A stretch of 38,081 nt of DNA from Chloroflexota bacterium (GTDB taxonomy: Bacteria; Chloroflexota; Dehalococcoidia; DSTF01; RBG-16-68-14). The translations under genes were made by a program, and so were the position numbers. The first letter of the stretch is position 1; each line of letters starts with the position of its first letter. The notes beneath the pieces are model-generated. The model was given only the letters and a program-made list of their open reading frames with translations. It ran no database searches and was not told the origin of the DNA. The stretch spans positions 1 to 38,081 of the forward strand of contig JACZYW010000003.1 of assembly GCA_022570885.1 (NCBI GenBank). The letters run 5' to 3'. Below are positions 28,266-38,081 of this stretch, in pieces.

Positions 28266-29260
28266 TGCGAGCGAACTTGGTTGCGATACAGGTGCGGGCG
28301 AGTATCGAAGATTACGCAAGTGGCGATACGTTTCGCCGCCGCATGGAAGGACTCATGGAGCAGGCGGCGACGAAGGTAGATTTCAACCTGCCAACCATCG
28401 TCTGCTTCCCGGAGACGGTCGGGCTATGGCTGAGCTTCGTTCCCGAGATCTATGACAACATCCGAGACTGTACGACGATTCAGCAGGCGATCGTACGGGG
28501 CATTCCACCCAATTGGAGACGCTTCCTTCGAGCTTGCTGGCGCTTCCGCACGATCGGCGTCACCACGATCTTCCTTGAGACGGCGCTGGACGCTGAGGCG
28601 ATCTACCGGAAGACTTTTTCGGATCTTGCCAAGCGCTATGGCTGCTACCTGCAAGCGGGCACGATCTACATTCCTACGATCGAAGACGAGCCAGTGAAGG
28701 GCCGTCATGTCCTCGGTCGAAAGGTGTACAACATCGCATATCTGTTCAACCCGAAGGGTGTTATCCTACAGCGTGTGCCCAAGCGCAACCTATCGCCGCC
28801 TCTCGAGCGACGCTTCCATTTCTCCCCCGGCGACCGCTTGGACCTCCACCCCGTGAATACCGCGCTCGGCCGCATGGGCATCCTTATCTGCTACGACGGG
28901 TTCCACGAATCGCTTGTGGAGCATTACGACAGTCTCGGCGTGGAGATCATCCTGAATCCTTCTCACAGCGATCGCAACTGGGAGCAGCCCGCTGGCTTCA
29001 ACCACGCCATCACCGTAGGCGAGGCCTGGGAGCAACATGGCGTTGGAGCGATGATCCAGGGGAGACCGAACATTCAGTACGCGATCGTACCCATGATGGC
29101 GGGCCGCATCCTCGACCTGGAAGGTCAGGGATGCTCCCACATCGCCGGTAACACGGGGGAGGTAGGAGCGCCGGCCGCTCGCTTCCTGCTGGCCCGGGCT
29201 ACTTCGCACACCGGCGAGGAGATCGTGGCGGCCACCGTTGAGCTACCAGAGGGCTGCTAG
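28265..29260 (+). CDS. carbon-nitrogen hydrolase (nitrilase superfamily)
   Basis: Catalytic triad FPE, VPKRNL, ICYD; YNIAYLFNPKG; TAATG coupling. Confidence 0.85.
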   Translation: MRANLVAIQVRASIEDYASGDTFRRRMEGLMEQAATKVDFNLPTIVCFPETVGLWLSFVPEIYDNIRDCTTIQQAIVRGIPPNWRRFLRACWRFRTIGVTTIFLETALDAEAIYRKTFSDLAKRYGCYLQAGTIYIPTIEDEPVKGRHVLGRKVYNIAYLFNPKGVILQRVPKRNLSPPLERRFHFSPGDRLDLHPVNTALGRMGILICYDGFHESLVEHYDSLGVEIILNPSHSDRNWEQPAGFNHAITVGEAWEQHGVGAMIQGRPNIQYAIVPMMAGRILDLEGQGCSHIAGNTGEVGAPAARFLLARATSHTGEEIVAATVELPEGC

Positions 29261-29299
29261 GAGGAAGAGGCACCGGCAGCATCACAGGAGGGCGCAGCA

Positions 29300-30091
29300 A
29301 TGGAGCAAGACATTATCTCGTCTGGCTACGACGCAGTGTATGGGAGCACGGCCAAAAGCCCTACGTTGCGCCGGTTGTGGCACAAGTATGCGGAAGGCCT
29401 CGACTTCCCAGAGGAGTTCAGCCACATCAGTCTTACGACGCTGCCGGAGCTCCAACGAATATCCGCCGAACTTCGGCTTAGCGCTGACGAGACGTTCGTC
29501 GACCTCGGCTGCGGCATGGCCGGGCCAGCGCTATGGGTGGCACGCGAGACGGGCGCGCAACTCATCGGTGTAGACCTCTCGCGTGTCGCGACGGAGCAGG
29601 CAAGCGCCCGCGCGGCCGAGCTTGGGCTGGCTGAGCAGGCGCAGTTCGTCGTTGGTTCGTTCACTGATACTGGCCTGGAGGCCAATGTAGCCGCGGGGCT
29701 CATGAGCGAGGACGCCATCCAGTACGCGCCCGACAAGCGGGCCGCTATGGTTGAGGCCGCGCGTATCCTGCGCCGTGGCGGCCGGTTCGTCTTCACTGTC
29801 TACGAACTCGATCCGGATCGCGCCGCCGGCCTCCCGATCCTCGGGGCTGATCTAGTCGATGACTATCGACCGCTGTTGGCGGATGCGGGATTTCGCGTGG
29901 AGACCTACGAGGAGACTCCGGGCTGGCCGGAGCCGATGACGACGACGTACTCGGCTCTTCTCGACGAAAAGGAGGCGCTGACCGAAGAGATGGGCGAGGC
30001 CGCCGCCGGCGCGCTAATCGTTGAGCTTTCGCTGACGCTCGAGCATCGGCCGTACCGGCGGCGTGTGCTAATCGTGGCGACGAGGGAGTGA
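29300..30091 (+). CDS. class I SAM-dependent methyltransferase
   Basis: VDLGCGMAGP, GVDLS, EAARILRRGGRFVF; AGGAGG RBS. Confidence 0.88.
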   Translation: MEQDIISSGYDAVYGSTAKSPTLRRLWHKYAEGLDFPEEFSHISLTTLPELQRISAELRLSADETFVDLGCGMAGPALWVARETGAQLIGVDLSRVATEQASARAAELGLAEQAQFVVGSFTDTGLEANVAAGLMSEDAIQYAPDKRAAMVEAARILRRGGRFVFTVYELDPDRAAGLPILGADLVDDYRPLLADAGFRVETYEETPGWPEPMTTTYSALLDEKEALTEEMGEAAAGALIVELSLTLEHRPYRRRVLIVATRE

Positions 30092-30315
30092 CGTAATCCA
30101 GAGGCAGCGCGCTATGATCTCGAGTTTAATCGGCGATAGAGAGCAACTCGTCACTTGTCTAGGCCAGGCCAGGAACCACCCCCGCGAGGAGAGCCGTGGG
30201 AGATAGGCCAAACGCCCCGGCTGAGGGATCGCTCGAAGATCGATTGGCCGCATACCTCAGCGAGCGGCTGCCGAGCGCAGAGGACGTCCGAGGGGAAGCG
30301 CAGGTGCCCATGCGA

Positions 30316-30483
30316 GGCGGCCACATGCTAGCGGGTCAGCCTGGTTAGGCTCGGCATCTCCCTGCGCGCGCGTGAAGCCAACAGCTAGCGTACCGAATCA
30401 AAGTAGCCTTTGATCGTTTTCGGGCTCTTGCCCTCGGCCCTGAGGAAGACCTGCCAGCTCGTGAGCAAATCTTCATCGAGATC
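30316..30483 (-). pseudogene. tyrosine recombinase/integrase N-terminal remnant with two in-frame stops
   Basis: Hand translation: DLDEDLLTSWQVFLRAEGKSPKTIKGYFDSVR*LLASRARREMPSLTRLTR*HVAA (TAG at 30385-87 and 30328-30); typical integrase SAM-like motif, directly 3' of the tRNA fragment. Confidence 0.75.
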
Positions 30484-30622
30484 TAATTGATCACCTTCGA
30501 GTAGATAATTAGGGTGTCGCGGATGCTGGCTGCTAACGTTAAGGCGCACGGCGCACGGCCCACCTCCCCCTCCGACCGAAAAACGGCCAGATCTAGATTC
30601 GAGCCGTGCGTCTTATTGTTTT

Positions 30623-30704
30623 ATTGGAGCGGAAGAGGAGATTCGAACCCACGGGCGGACCCCGACGGGCCCCGTCCAGGGGCGTCTGCCCGAACTCCCG
30701 ACCC
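30623..30704 (-). repeat. tRNA-Gly 3' fragment (att-like repeat, copy 2) interrupted in the T loop by a palindromic insertion
   Basis: 30623-30648 is identical to 6056-6081; identity resumes (TCCCGACCC) at 30696 after 47 extra nt. Confidence 0.85.
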
Positions 30705-30743
30705 TCTGCCCTGAGCGAAACGGGCCGGTTGTCGTGTCGCTGG

Positions 30744-31181
30744 TTACCGGGTCGGCTCCAGGACGACAACCGGAATCTGTCGATCCGTGTTGGCCTGGTA
30801 ATCCGCGTACGCCGGCCAAGCGTCGAGAGCCAGCGCCCACCAGCGCGCCTTCTCATCCCCCTGCACCTCGCGAGCCGCCATTTCGTAGACGTTCGCGCCG
30901 TCCTGCAACGTCACCGCCGGTGAGGCGATCAGGTTGAGGTACCAGACCGGATGCTTCGGAGCGCCGCCCATCGAAGCGATGACGGCGTATGTTCCGTTCT
31001 GCTCGACGCGCATCAGGGGCGACTTGCGCACCTTGCCGCTATGGCGACCCCGAGTGCCGAGGATGACGACTGGCTTGTCCTGGAGTGTCCCACCCTCCTT
31101 GCCACCGGTAGCCTCGTAGAGCGCCACCTGATCAGCGACGAACTTCGCCGGGCTCGGCTCGTACTCTCCTTGGATGGGCAC
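30744..31181 (-). CDS. deazaflavin (F420)-dependent nitroreductase family protein (Ddn-like)
   Basis: YEATGGKEG, TRGRHSGKVRKSPL, ASMGGAPKHPVWYLNL, YADYQANTDRQIPVVVLEP; start GTG 31181. Confidence 0.92.
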   Translation of the reverse strand: MPIQGEYEPSPAKFVADQVALYEATGGKEGGTLQDKPVVILGTRGRHSGKVRKSPLMRVEQNGTYAVIASMGGAPKHPVWYLNLIASPAVTLQDGANVYEMAAREVQGDEKARWWALALDAWPAYADYQANTDRQIPVVVLEPTR

Positions 31182-31381
31182 GTGGCGATCGTACCGCGAA
31201 GCCAGCGTAGCTGCAAGCTGGCAGGCGATTGCGCTGACACGGTTGGTGAGCACCGCCCCTAGAGAGTGCGGGTACGGACGAGCGTCCTAGCATCGCGCCA
31301 CAGTTCGCCGGGCGCAACGGCGACGAAGCAACTCTGTTCCGGCTGGCGACGCAGCTCAACGAGCGCCTGCCGCAACGTTCC

Positions 31382-32683
<1,302 letters not shown>

Positions 32684-32867
32684 GCCAGGGCATTGTATCG
32701 GGGCGCGAGAGGAACTGAAAGCGCGGGCTTGCGGCAGCCGGGGCTCGCAGTTAGCATACGCGGCGCAACCCAAGAGACCGCCAACAGATCCTCTCGCTGC
32801 TGCGCCAAGATGCGCCGCGGCTCCATTCGCATGGCCTATTCGACAAGAAAGTCGCTACACTGAGCGG

Positions 32868-33827
32868 GTGCAGCAACACTCTTTCGGCACGACCGACCTG
32901 ACCGTATCGCAGCTCTGCATGGGCACCATGCAGTTTGGCTGGACGGCGGACGAACGTTCATCGTTCGCCGTGCTAGACGCTTTCGTCGACGCGGGCGGCA
33001 ACTTCCTGGATACCGCCGACATGTACAGCAGCTGGACGCCGGGTAACCCAGGCGGCGTCTCCGAGGAGATCCTGGGGCGCTGGCTGAAGGAGCGAGGCAA
33101 CCGCGACCGGATGGTCATCGCCACCAAGGTGCGGGCCAAGATGTGGGACGGGCCGGATGGAGAAGGGCTGAGTCGCTCCCACATTCTCCGCGCGGCAGAG
33201 GAAAGCCTCCGCCGCCTCCAAATCGAGACGATCGACCACTACCAGTGCCACTGGCCTGACGAAGACACGCCCATCGAGGAGACACTGGCCGCGTTCGAGG
33301 AGTTGATCGACGCCGGTAAAGTGCGCTACATCGGCGTCTCAAACTACTCACCGGCGCTACTGGCGGAGGCGCTGCGCACGGCTGACGAAAAGCACCTCTC
33401 CCGCTTCGTTTCGTTCCAGCCCCACTACAACCTGATGAACCGCTCTGAATTCGAGGGTGCGCTCGCCGATCTTTGCGACAGCGAGCGGCTCGCGGTGATC
33501 CCCTATAGCCCGCTCGCCGGTGGCTTCCTCACCGGCAAGTACCAGCGCGGCCAACCCCTACCGGATAGCGCGAGGGCCGAGCGAACGAAACGCCACATGA
33601 CCGTGCGGGGATTCCGCGTCGTCGATGCGTTAGACGCCGTGGCGAGAGCCCATGGCGTGAAGCCCGCCGCCATAGCGATTGCCTGGCTGTTACACCAGCC
33701 GACGGTCACGGCGCCGATCATCAGCGCGAACACCCCAGAGCAACTCGCCGATCTGTTGCCTGCGGCTGAACTACGGCTCAGTCCGGAGGAGCTGGGTTCG
33801 CTGAATGAAGCGAGCGCGGACGAATAG
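32868..33827 (+). CDS. aldo/keto reductase
   Basis: GGNFLDTADMYS, IATKV, SLRRLQIETIDHYQCH, GKVRYIGVSN, YSPLAGGFLTGKY; start GTG 32868. Confidence 0.93.
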   Translation: MQQHSFGTTDLTVSQLCMGTMQFGWTADERSSFAVLDAFVDAGGNFLDTADMYSSWTPGNPGGVSEEILGRWLKERGNRDRMVIATKVRAKMWDGPDGEGLSRSHILRAAEESLRRLQIETIDHYQCHWPDEDTPIEETLAAFEELIDAGKVRYIGVSNYSPALLAEALRTADEKHLSRFVSFQPHYNLMNRSEFEGALADLCDSERLAVIPYSPLAGGFLTGKYQRGQPLPDSARAERTKRHMTVRGFRVVDALDAVARAHGVKPAAIAIAWLLHQPTVTAPIISANTPEQLADLLPAAELRLSPEELGSLNEASADE

Positions 33828-34039
33828 CGCGGGAGGGCAGACGAGACTCACCTACGAGGCCTCCTGGGCCTATCGGCGCAGGTAAACCAGGCGCTGATCG
33901 ATGACGGGATCATCTGCGATAGGCACCGCCGCAGTAGAGCGCCCTGCTGGCGTTGGCTATGTGATATGTGCACAGCCATGGTCCATCGGGGTATGATCCG
34001 GGAGATGGGCGAACAGATGAATGCCTTGGCGGCATGTGC

Positions 34040-34639
34040 ATGACACCCGAAAGATCGAACCGTTGGCTGAAGAACCGGAACGTCTCCGGCGACATCTACG
34101 ACGCGACCTATGAGTCCCGCGCCGCTGCCGGCGAGAACGTCCACGGTGAAGCCGACTTCGTCGAGCGGTTCGCGCCGGCATCCGTGCTCGATGCCGGTTG
34201 CGGAACCGGTCGTGTCGGGCGCGAGCTCGCTCGTCGCGGACTGGACGTTGTTGGCGTCGACCTCGACCCAGCGATGCTCGCTACGGCGCGACGAAAGGCG
34301 CCTCGCATAGACTGGCATCTGGCTGACCTTGCGACTGTTGACCTTGCCCGTTCGTTCGACGCCGCCGTCCTTGCCGGCAACGTCATGATATTCCTGACGC
34401 CGGGGAGCGAGCCGGCCGTTGTCGCGAACATCGCACGCCATCTGCGGCCAGGGGGCTTGCTCATCGCCGGGTTCCAGATTATGCCTGGCCAACTCACCAT
34501 CGAACGGTACGACGAGATCGCTGGCCTTGCGGACCTCGTCCTCGCCGAGCGATGGTCAACCTGGGATCGCGACAGCTGGGATGCAGGGCACGACTACGCG
34601 GTGTCCGTTCATCAGAGGCCCACCGGCAGTCCCGAATAG
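34040..34639 (+). CDS. class I SAM-dependent methyltransferase
   Basis: VHGEADFV, VLDAGCGTGR, GVDLD, AGNVMIF, HLRPGG; start uncertain. Confidence 0.88.
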   Translation: MTPERSNRWLKNRNVSGDIYDATYESRAAAGENVHGEADFVERFAPASVLDAGCGTGRVGRELARRGLDVVGVDLDPAMLATARRKAPRIDWHLADLATVDLARSFDAAVLAGNVMIFLTPGSEPAVVANIARHLRPGGLLIAGFQIMPGQLTIERYDEIAGLADLVLAERWSTWDRDSWDAGHDYAVSVHQRPTGSPE

Positions 34640-34647
34640 TCTAGAAC

Positions 34648-34676
34648 GAGGAGCGTCCCGACTTAGGACGCTCCTC
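34648..34676 (+). terminator. hairpin terminator
   Basis: GAGGAGCGTCC-cgactta-GGACGCTCCTC, a perfect 11-bp stem 8 nt after the stop; weak U tail. Confidence 0.6.
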
Positions 34677-34739
34677 TTCGTGACCGGGGCGCTGCCTAGC
34701 CGCCCGTGCTGCACTCTGACGACCACAGAAGGAGGTGGC

Positions 34740-34847
34740 GTGACGAATGTTCGCACTTTAGCACCCGTAGTGATGACATCAGTAGTGCTGGTGTTTGGTC
34801 TGGCCTGCGCCGGTAGCAGGCGCACCCCGCGGCCGCCCTTGACCTGA
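34740..34847 (+). CDS. 35-aa signal-peptide-like small ORF (mini-lipoprotein or truncated gene)
   Basis: AAGGAGGT RBS plus GTG; MTNVRTLAPVVMTSVVLVFGLACAGSRRTPRPPLT. Confidence 0.35.
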   Translation: MTNVRTLAPVVMTSVVLVFGLACAGSRRTPRPPLT

Positions 34848-34858
34848 GGTTGCTAGGA

Positions 34859-35767
34859 ATGAGAGATTCCCTTAGAGAAGGGGGCCAGCCCCGCAGCAGC
34901 CCCGTGTCCCCTACCGGCCGGGGGTGGCGAGGCCCGTTCCTGCGACGGGGATTGCTCTACCTGGGCCTGCCGCTGGCCTTGCTCGTGGCTCTCATCTTCG
35001 TGACGATTCGGTGTGAAGTGATCGAGCGCTACTTCATCTACTTTCCTGAGAAGGACCTCGTCGCCGACCCCGCCCAGGTGGGGCTGTCGTTTGAGGAGGT
35101 GTACTTCGTAACCAGCGACGGCGTGCGCCTCCACGGTTGGTTCGTGCCCGGCCGCCGAGATGTGACCTGGCTCTGGTTCCACGGCAACGCCGGGAACATC
35201 AGCCATCGACTTGAGAACCTGAAGCTCCTCCACGACGAACTGGGCGTGAGCATCTTCCTTTTCGACTACCGGGGCTATGGCCAAAGCCAGGGGAAGCCCT
35301 CGGAGGAGGGGAGCTATCGGGATGCCCAGGCGGCGCTGACCTACCTGCGTTCGCGGGGAGATACCGACCCGGAGCGGATCGTCTACTTCGGCCGCTCTCT
35401 TGGGGCAGGGGTGGCAGTCGAGCTGGCGACCCGCGAGCCGCCGCTGGCCCTCATCCTGGAGTCGTCCTTCCCCTCTATCCCGGCCCTGGCCCGGCACCTC
35501 TATCCCTTCCTGCCCATTGGGCCTCTCTTGCGCACCAAGTACGATTCCCTCGCAAAGATCGGCAGCGTCGAGGTGCCACTCCTGATGCTTCACGGTGATA
35601 GCGACGAGATCGTTCCACTCAAAGCTGGGAGGAGCCTTTTCGAGGCCGCACGGGAGCCGAAGCAGTTTCATGTCATCCAGGGCGCGGGCCATAACGACAC
35701 CTATCTAGTGGGAGGCAAGGAGTACCTCCGAGTGCTGCGGCGGTTCCTGGATAACCTGGGCAGGTAA
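34859..35767 (+). CDS. membrane-anchored alpha/beta hydrolase (Bem46/ABHD13-like)
   Basis: N-terminal TM helix, FHGNAGNI, DYRGYG, GRSLG, HGDSDE, GAGHND; start uncertain (34850 or 34859). Confidence 0.88.
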   Translation: MRDSLREGGQPRSSPVSPTGRGWRGPFLRRGLLYLGLPLALLVALIFVTIRCEVIERYFIYFPEKDLVADPAQVGLSFEEVYFVTSDGVRLHGWFVPGRRDVTWLWFHGNAGNISHRLENLKLLHDELGVSIFLFDYRGYGQSQGKPSEEGSYRDAQAALTYLRSRGDTDPERIVYFGRSLGAGVAVELATREPPLALILESSFPSIPALARHLYPFLPIGPLLRTKYDSLAKIGSVEVPLLMLHGDSDEIVPLKAGRSLFEAAREPKQFHVIQGAGHNDTYLVGGKEYLRVLRRFLDNLGR

Positions 35768-35856
35768 AGCGGGCGTCCCAGCCCGCGCGGTCACCTTCGC
35801 AGTGCCCTATCGAGCGGCCCTAGCCTAACGCAGCTCGTCCGCGCTACCATCGGCAC

Positions 35857-36729
35857 GTGAACGAGAGCGAGCCCTGGACGCACCACGAGGCCGTGGTCAA
35901 CGGCGTACGGCTTCACTTCGTCGAGCAAGGCGAGGGCCCGCTCGTCGTGCTGCTGCACGGCTTTCCCGAATTTTGGTACTCCTGGCGGCACCAGATCCCG
36001 GCCCTCGCCGAGGCCGGCTTCCGCGTGATCGCACCCGACCAGCGCGGCTACAACACATCCGAGAAGCCCCCAGGCGTCCGGAGCTACCGCATCGAGCACC
36101 TCGTCGACGATGTTGCTGCCCTCATCGAGCACGCTGGTGAATCGCGCGCGGTGGTGATTGGGCACGACTGGGGCGGCGTGGTTGCCTGGGCGGTCTCGAT
36201 GCTGCGCCCTGAGGTGGTCGAGAAGCTCGTCGTGCTGAACGCGCCCCATCCAGGAGCCTTGCAACGAGAGTTCCGCCGGCTCCGGCAGCTCGCGAGGTCT
36301 TGGTACGTCTTCTTCTTCCAGTTGCCGTGGCTGCCGGAGGCGGCCATTCGGTTCCGCGGCTACCGGATGCTAGATCGCGGGCTGAGACGCGAGTCGACGC
36401 GGCCGGGCGCCTTCAGCGATGAAGACATCGCCGCGTACAAGAACGCGCTCGCGCAGCCCGGCGCGCTCACGGCGGCGATCAACTACTACCGGGCCGCTGT
36501 GCGCCGGAACCCCTTTGAATCCGCACGAATGCTTCGCCAGATCGACGTGCCCGCACTGCTCATCTGGGGTGAGCAAGATCCTTACCTGGGCATTGAGCTC
36601 ACCGAGGGCTTGGAGCGATGGGTTCCAGGCATCCGGGTGGAGCGTATCCCGGAAGCGAGCCACTGGGTGCAGGTGGATGCTGCGGAACGCGTGAACGAGC
36701 TTATGATTGAGTTCCTACGAGAAGGCTAG
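35857..36729 (+). CDS. epoxide hydrolase-like alpha/beta hydrolase
   Basis: LLHGFPE, PDQRGY, GHDWGG (Asp nucleophile), SWY and NYYRA tyrosines, ASHWV. Confidence 0.9.
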   Translation: MNESEPWTHHEAVVNGVRLHFVEQGEGPLVVLLHGFPEFWYSWRHQIPALAEAGFRVIAPDQRGYNTSEKPPGVRSYRIEHLVDDVAALIEHAGESRAVVIGHDWGGVVAWAVSMLRPEVVEKLVVLNAPHPGALQREFRRLRQLARSWYVFFFQLPWLPEAAIRFRGYRMLDRGLRRESTRPGAFSDEDIAAYKNALAQPGALTAAINYYRAAVRRNPFESARMLRQIDVPALLIWGEQDPYLGIELTEGLERWVPGIRVERIPEASHWVQVDAAERVNELMIEFLREG

Positions 36730-36780
36730 TCGGAGAGGGCAGTCTCAAGAGCAGAGATTAGCCCGCAGCAAGGAGGCAAT

Positions 36781-37713
36781 ATGGGGCACAAGTTTCGGTT
36801 CGGGATCCAAACCTCTCACGCCAACTCAGCCGAGGAGTGGGCCGCGAAGGCCAAGCAGATAGAGGAGCTGGGCTACTCCACGCTCTTCATCCCCGATCAC
36901 TTCACCGAACAGTTCGCACCGGTTCCCGCACTGATGGCGGCCGCGGACGCTACATCGACGCTGCGGCTCGGCACCATGGTGCTCGATAACGACTACCGGC
37001 ATCCTCTGGTGCTCGCCAAGGAGATCGCTACGCTGGACATTCTGTCGGGCGGCCGCGTAGAGCTAGGCTTAGGAGCTGGCTGGATGCGCAGCGACTATGA
37101 GCAGTCCGGCATACCGTATGACCGGCCCGGCGTCCGCATCCGGCGGTTTGAAGAGGGCTTGCAGGTCATCAAGGGAATGTTCGCGGACGGCCCCTTCTCT
37201 TTCTCCGGCGAGTTCTATAACATCACTGACCACGATGCCTTGCCGAAGCCAGTGCAGAAGCCGCATCCGCCTATTCTCGTTGGAGGTGGCGGTAGGCGCG
37301 TGCTCTCCATCGCCGCGCGAGAGGCGGACATCGTTGGCGTGAACTTCTCGCTGGCCGAGGGCGAGGTGAACCCAGTGGTCGCTGCCACCGGTACCGCCGA
37401 GGCGACTCGCGAGAAGATTGCCTGGATCCGTGAAGCAGCGGGGGAGCGGTTAGGCGCGATCGAAATGAACGTGACGGTCTTCGTCTGCGTGGTGACGGAC
37501 GATCGTGAAGCGATGGCCGAGCGCGTCGCGGGCGGATTTGGCCTTAGCCCCGACGAAGTGAAGGCGACGCCTCACGTCCTCGTCGGAACGGTCGACCAGA
37601 TCACGGAGGATCTGGAGCAACGCAGAGACGAGTTCGGATTCTCGTATGTAGTTCTGTCTGGAGACGTATTCGAGGCGATGGCGCCGGTGGTGAAACGGCT
37701 CGCCGGAACGTAG
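36781..37713 (+). CDS. LLM-class, probably F420-dependent oxidoreductase (MSMEG_2516-like)
   Basis: FRFG start, PDHF, VLDNDYRHP, LSGGRVELGLGAGW, PVQKPHPPILVGGGG; AAGGAGG RBS. Confidence 0.9.
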   Translation: MGHKFRFGIQTSHANSAEEWAAKAKQIEELGYSTLFIPDHFTEQFAPVPALMAAADATSTLRLGTMVLDNDYRHPLVLAKEIATLDILSGGRVELGLGAGWMRSDYEQSGIPYDRPGVRIRRFEEGLQVIKGMFADGPFSFSGEFYNITDHDALPKPVQKPHPPILVGGGGRRVLSIAAREADIVGVNFSLAEGEVNPVVAATGTAEATREKIAWIREAAGERLGAIEMNVTVFVCVVTDDREAMAERVAGGFGLSPDEVKATPHVLVGTVDQITEDLEQRRDEFGFSYVVLSGDVFEAMAPVVKRLAGT

Positions 37714-37799
37714 GGCGCGCCATATTGCGCTCGCGCGGCGCGATGTCTAGTGCCTAGCAGCTGCTGCTAGCGGGTGCCCGTTCCAGGGGGAAGCCGCAC

Positions 37800-38081
37800 T
37801 TAGGTTTGCGCGCCGTGGGCCTCCGGCAGGCTCAGGGACCAGCGGCGGAAGAGCTTCGCGTACTCGCCATCGAGCGCGAGCAGCTCGTCATGGTGGCCGT
37901 CCTCGATCACGCGGCCATCGTCGATCAGCAACACCCGCTCTGCGTGTTCAGCCGTGCTCAGCCGGTGCGCGACGACGACGCTCGTGCGGCCGGCGAGTAG
38001 CTGGCGCATCGCCACCTCGACGAGCACTTCGGTGCCCGGATCGAGGCTCGAAGTCGCCTCGTCCAGAATCAGCACGGCCGG
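37800..38081 (-). CDS. ABC transporter ATP-binding domain, C-terminal part (starts beyond the right edge)
   Basis: Walker B LILDEATSSLD, H-loop VAHRLST, EDGHHDELL. Confidence 0.9.
   Translation of the reverse strand, partial: PAVLILDEATSSLDPGTEVLVEVAMRQLLAGRTSVVVAHRLSTAEHAERVLLIDDGRVIEDGHHDELLALDGEYAKLFRRWSLSLPEAHGAQT

Larger units (their letters stand above)
6056..30704. mobile_element. putative decayed genomic island integrated at tRNA-Gly
   Basis: Direct repeats of the tRNA-Gly 3' end at both borders, integrase remnants near both ends, and a shared 17-bp motif just inside each border. Confidence 0.65.

Noticed and set aside
37754-37770. Palindrome CTAGCAG-CTG-CTGCTAG between convergent genes
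   Set aside because: Short stem with no U tract; too weak to call a terminator

Overview
GC-rich bacterial window. F420-dependent enzymes, a zinc-ribbon Ser/Thr kinase, several apparently leaderless genes and the integrase style suggest Chloroflexota (Dehalococcoidia-like), but this is inference. The left flank has a truncated double-zinc-ribbon Ser/Thr kinase (missing from the ORF track), an aldo/keto reductase, and a coupled pair: a cNMP-patatin and a cNMP-FHA-ABC exporter. The centre is a ~23 kb co-directional gene run (6920-30091). It holds two paralogous phytoene-dehydrogenase-like FAD oxidoreductases, two SCP2-like lipid-binding proteins, and a DMSO-reductase type II (ethylbenzene/steroid-C25 dehydrogenase-like) system with three alpha, two beta, one gamma and one delta subunit. 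It also holds a MobB-FmdE fusion, MobA, NCS1 and MFS transporters, a nitrilase-family hydrolase and a methyltransferase. This block is bracketed by direct repeats of a tRNA-Gly 3' end, two decayed tyrosine-integrase N-termini and a shared 17-bp motif, so it appears to be a fossil genomic island. The right flank has ordinary metabolic genes: Ddn-like and LLM F420 enzymes, ABC1 kinase, AKR, methyltransferase, two alpha/beta hydrolases and a partial ABC ATPase.
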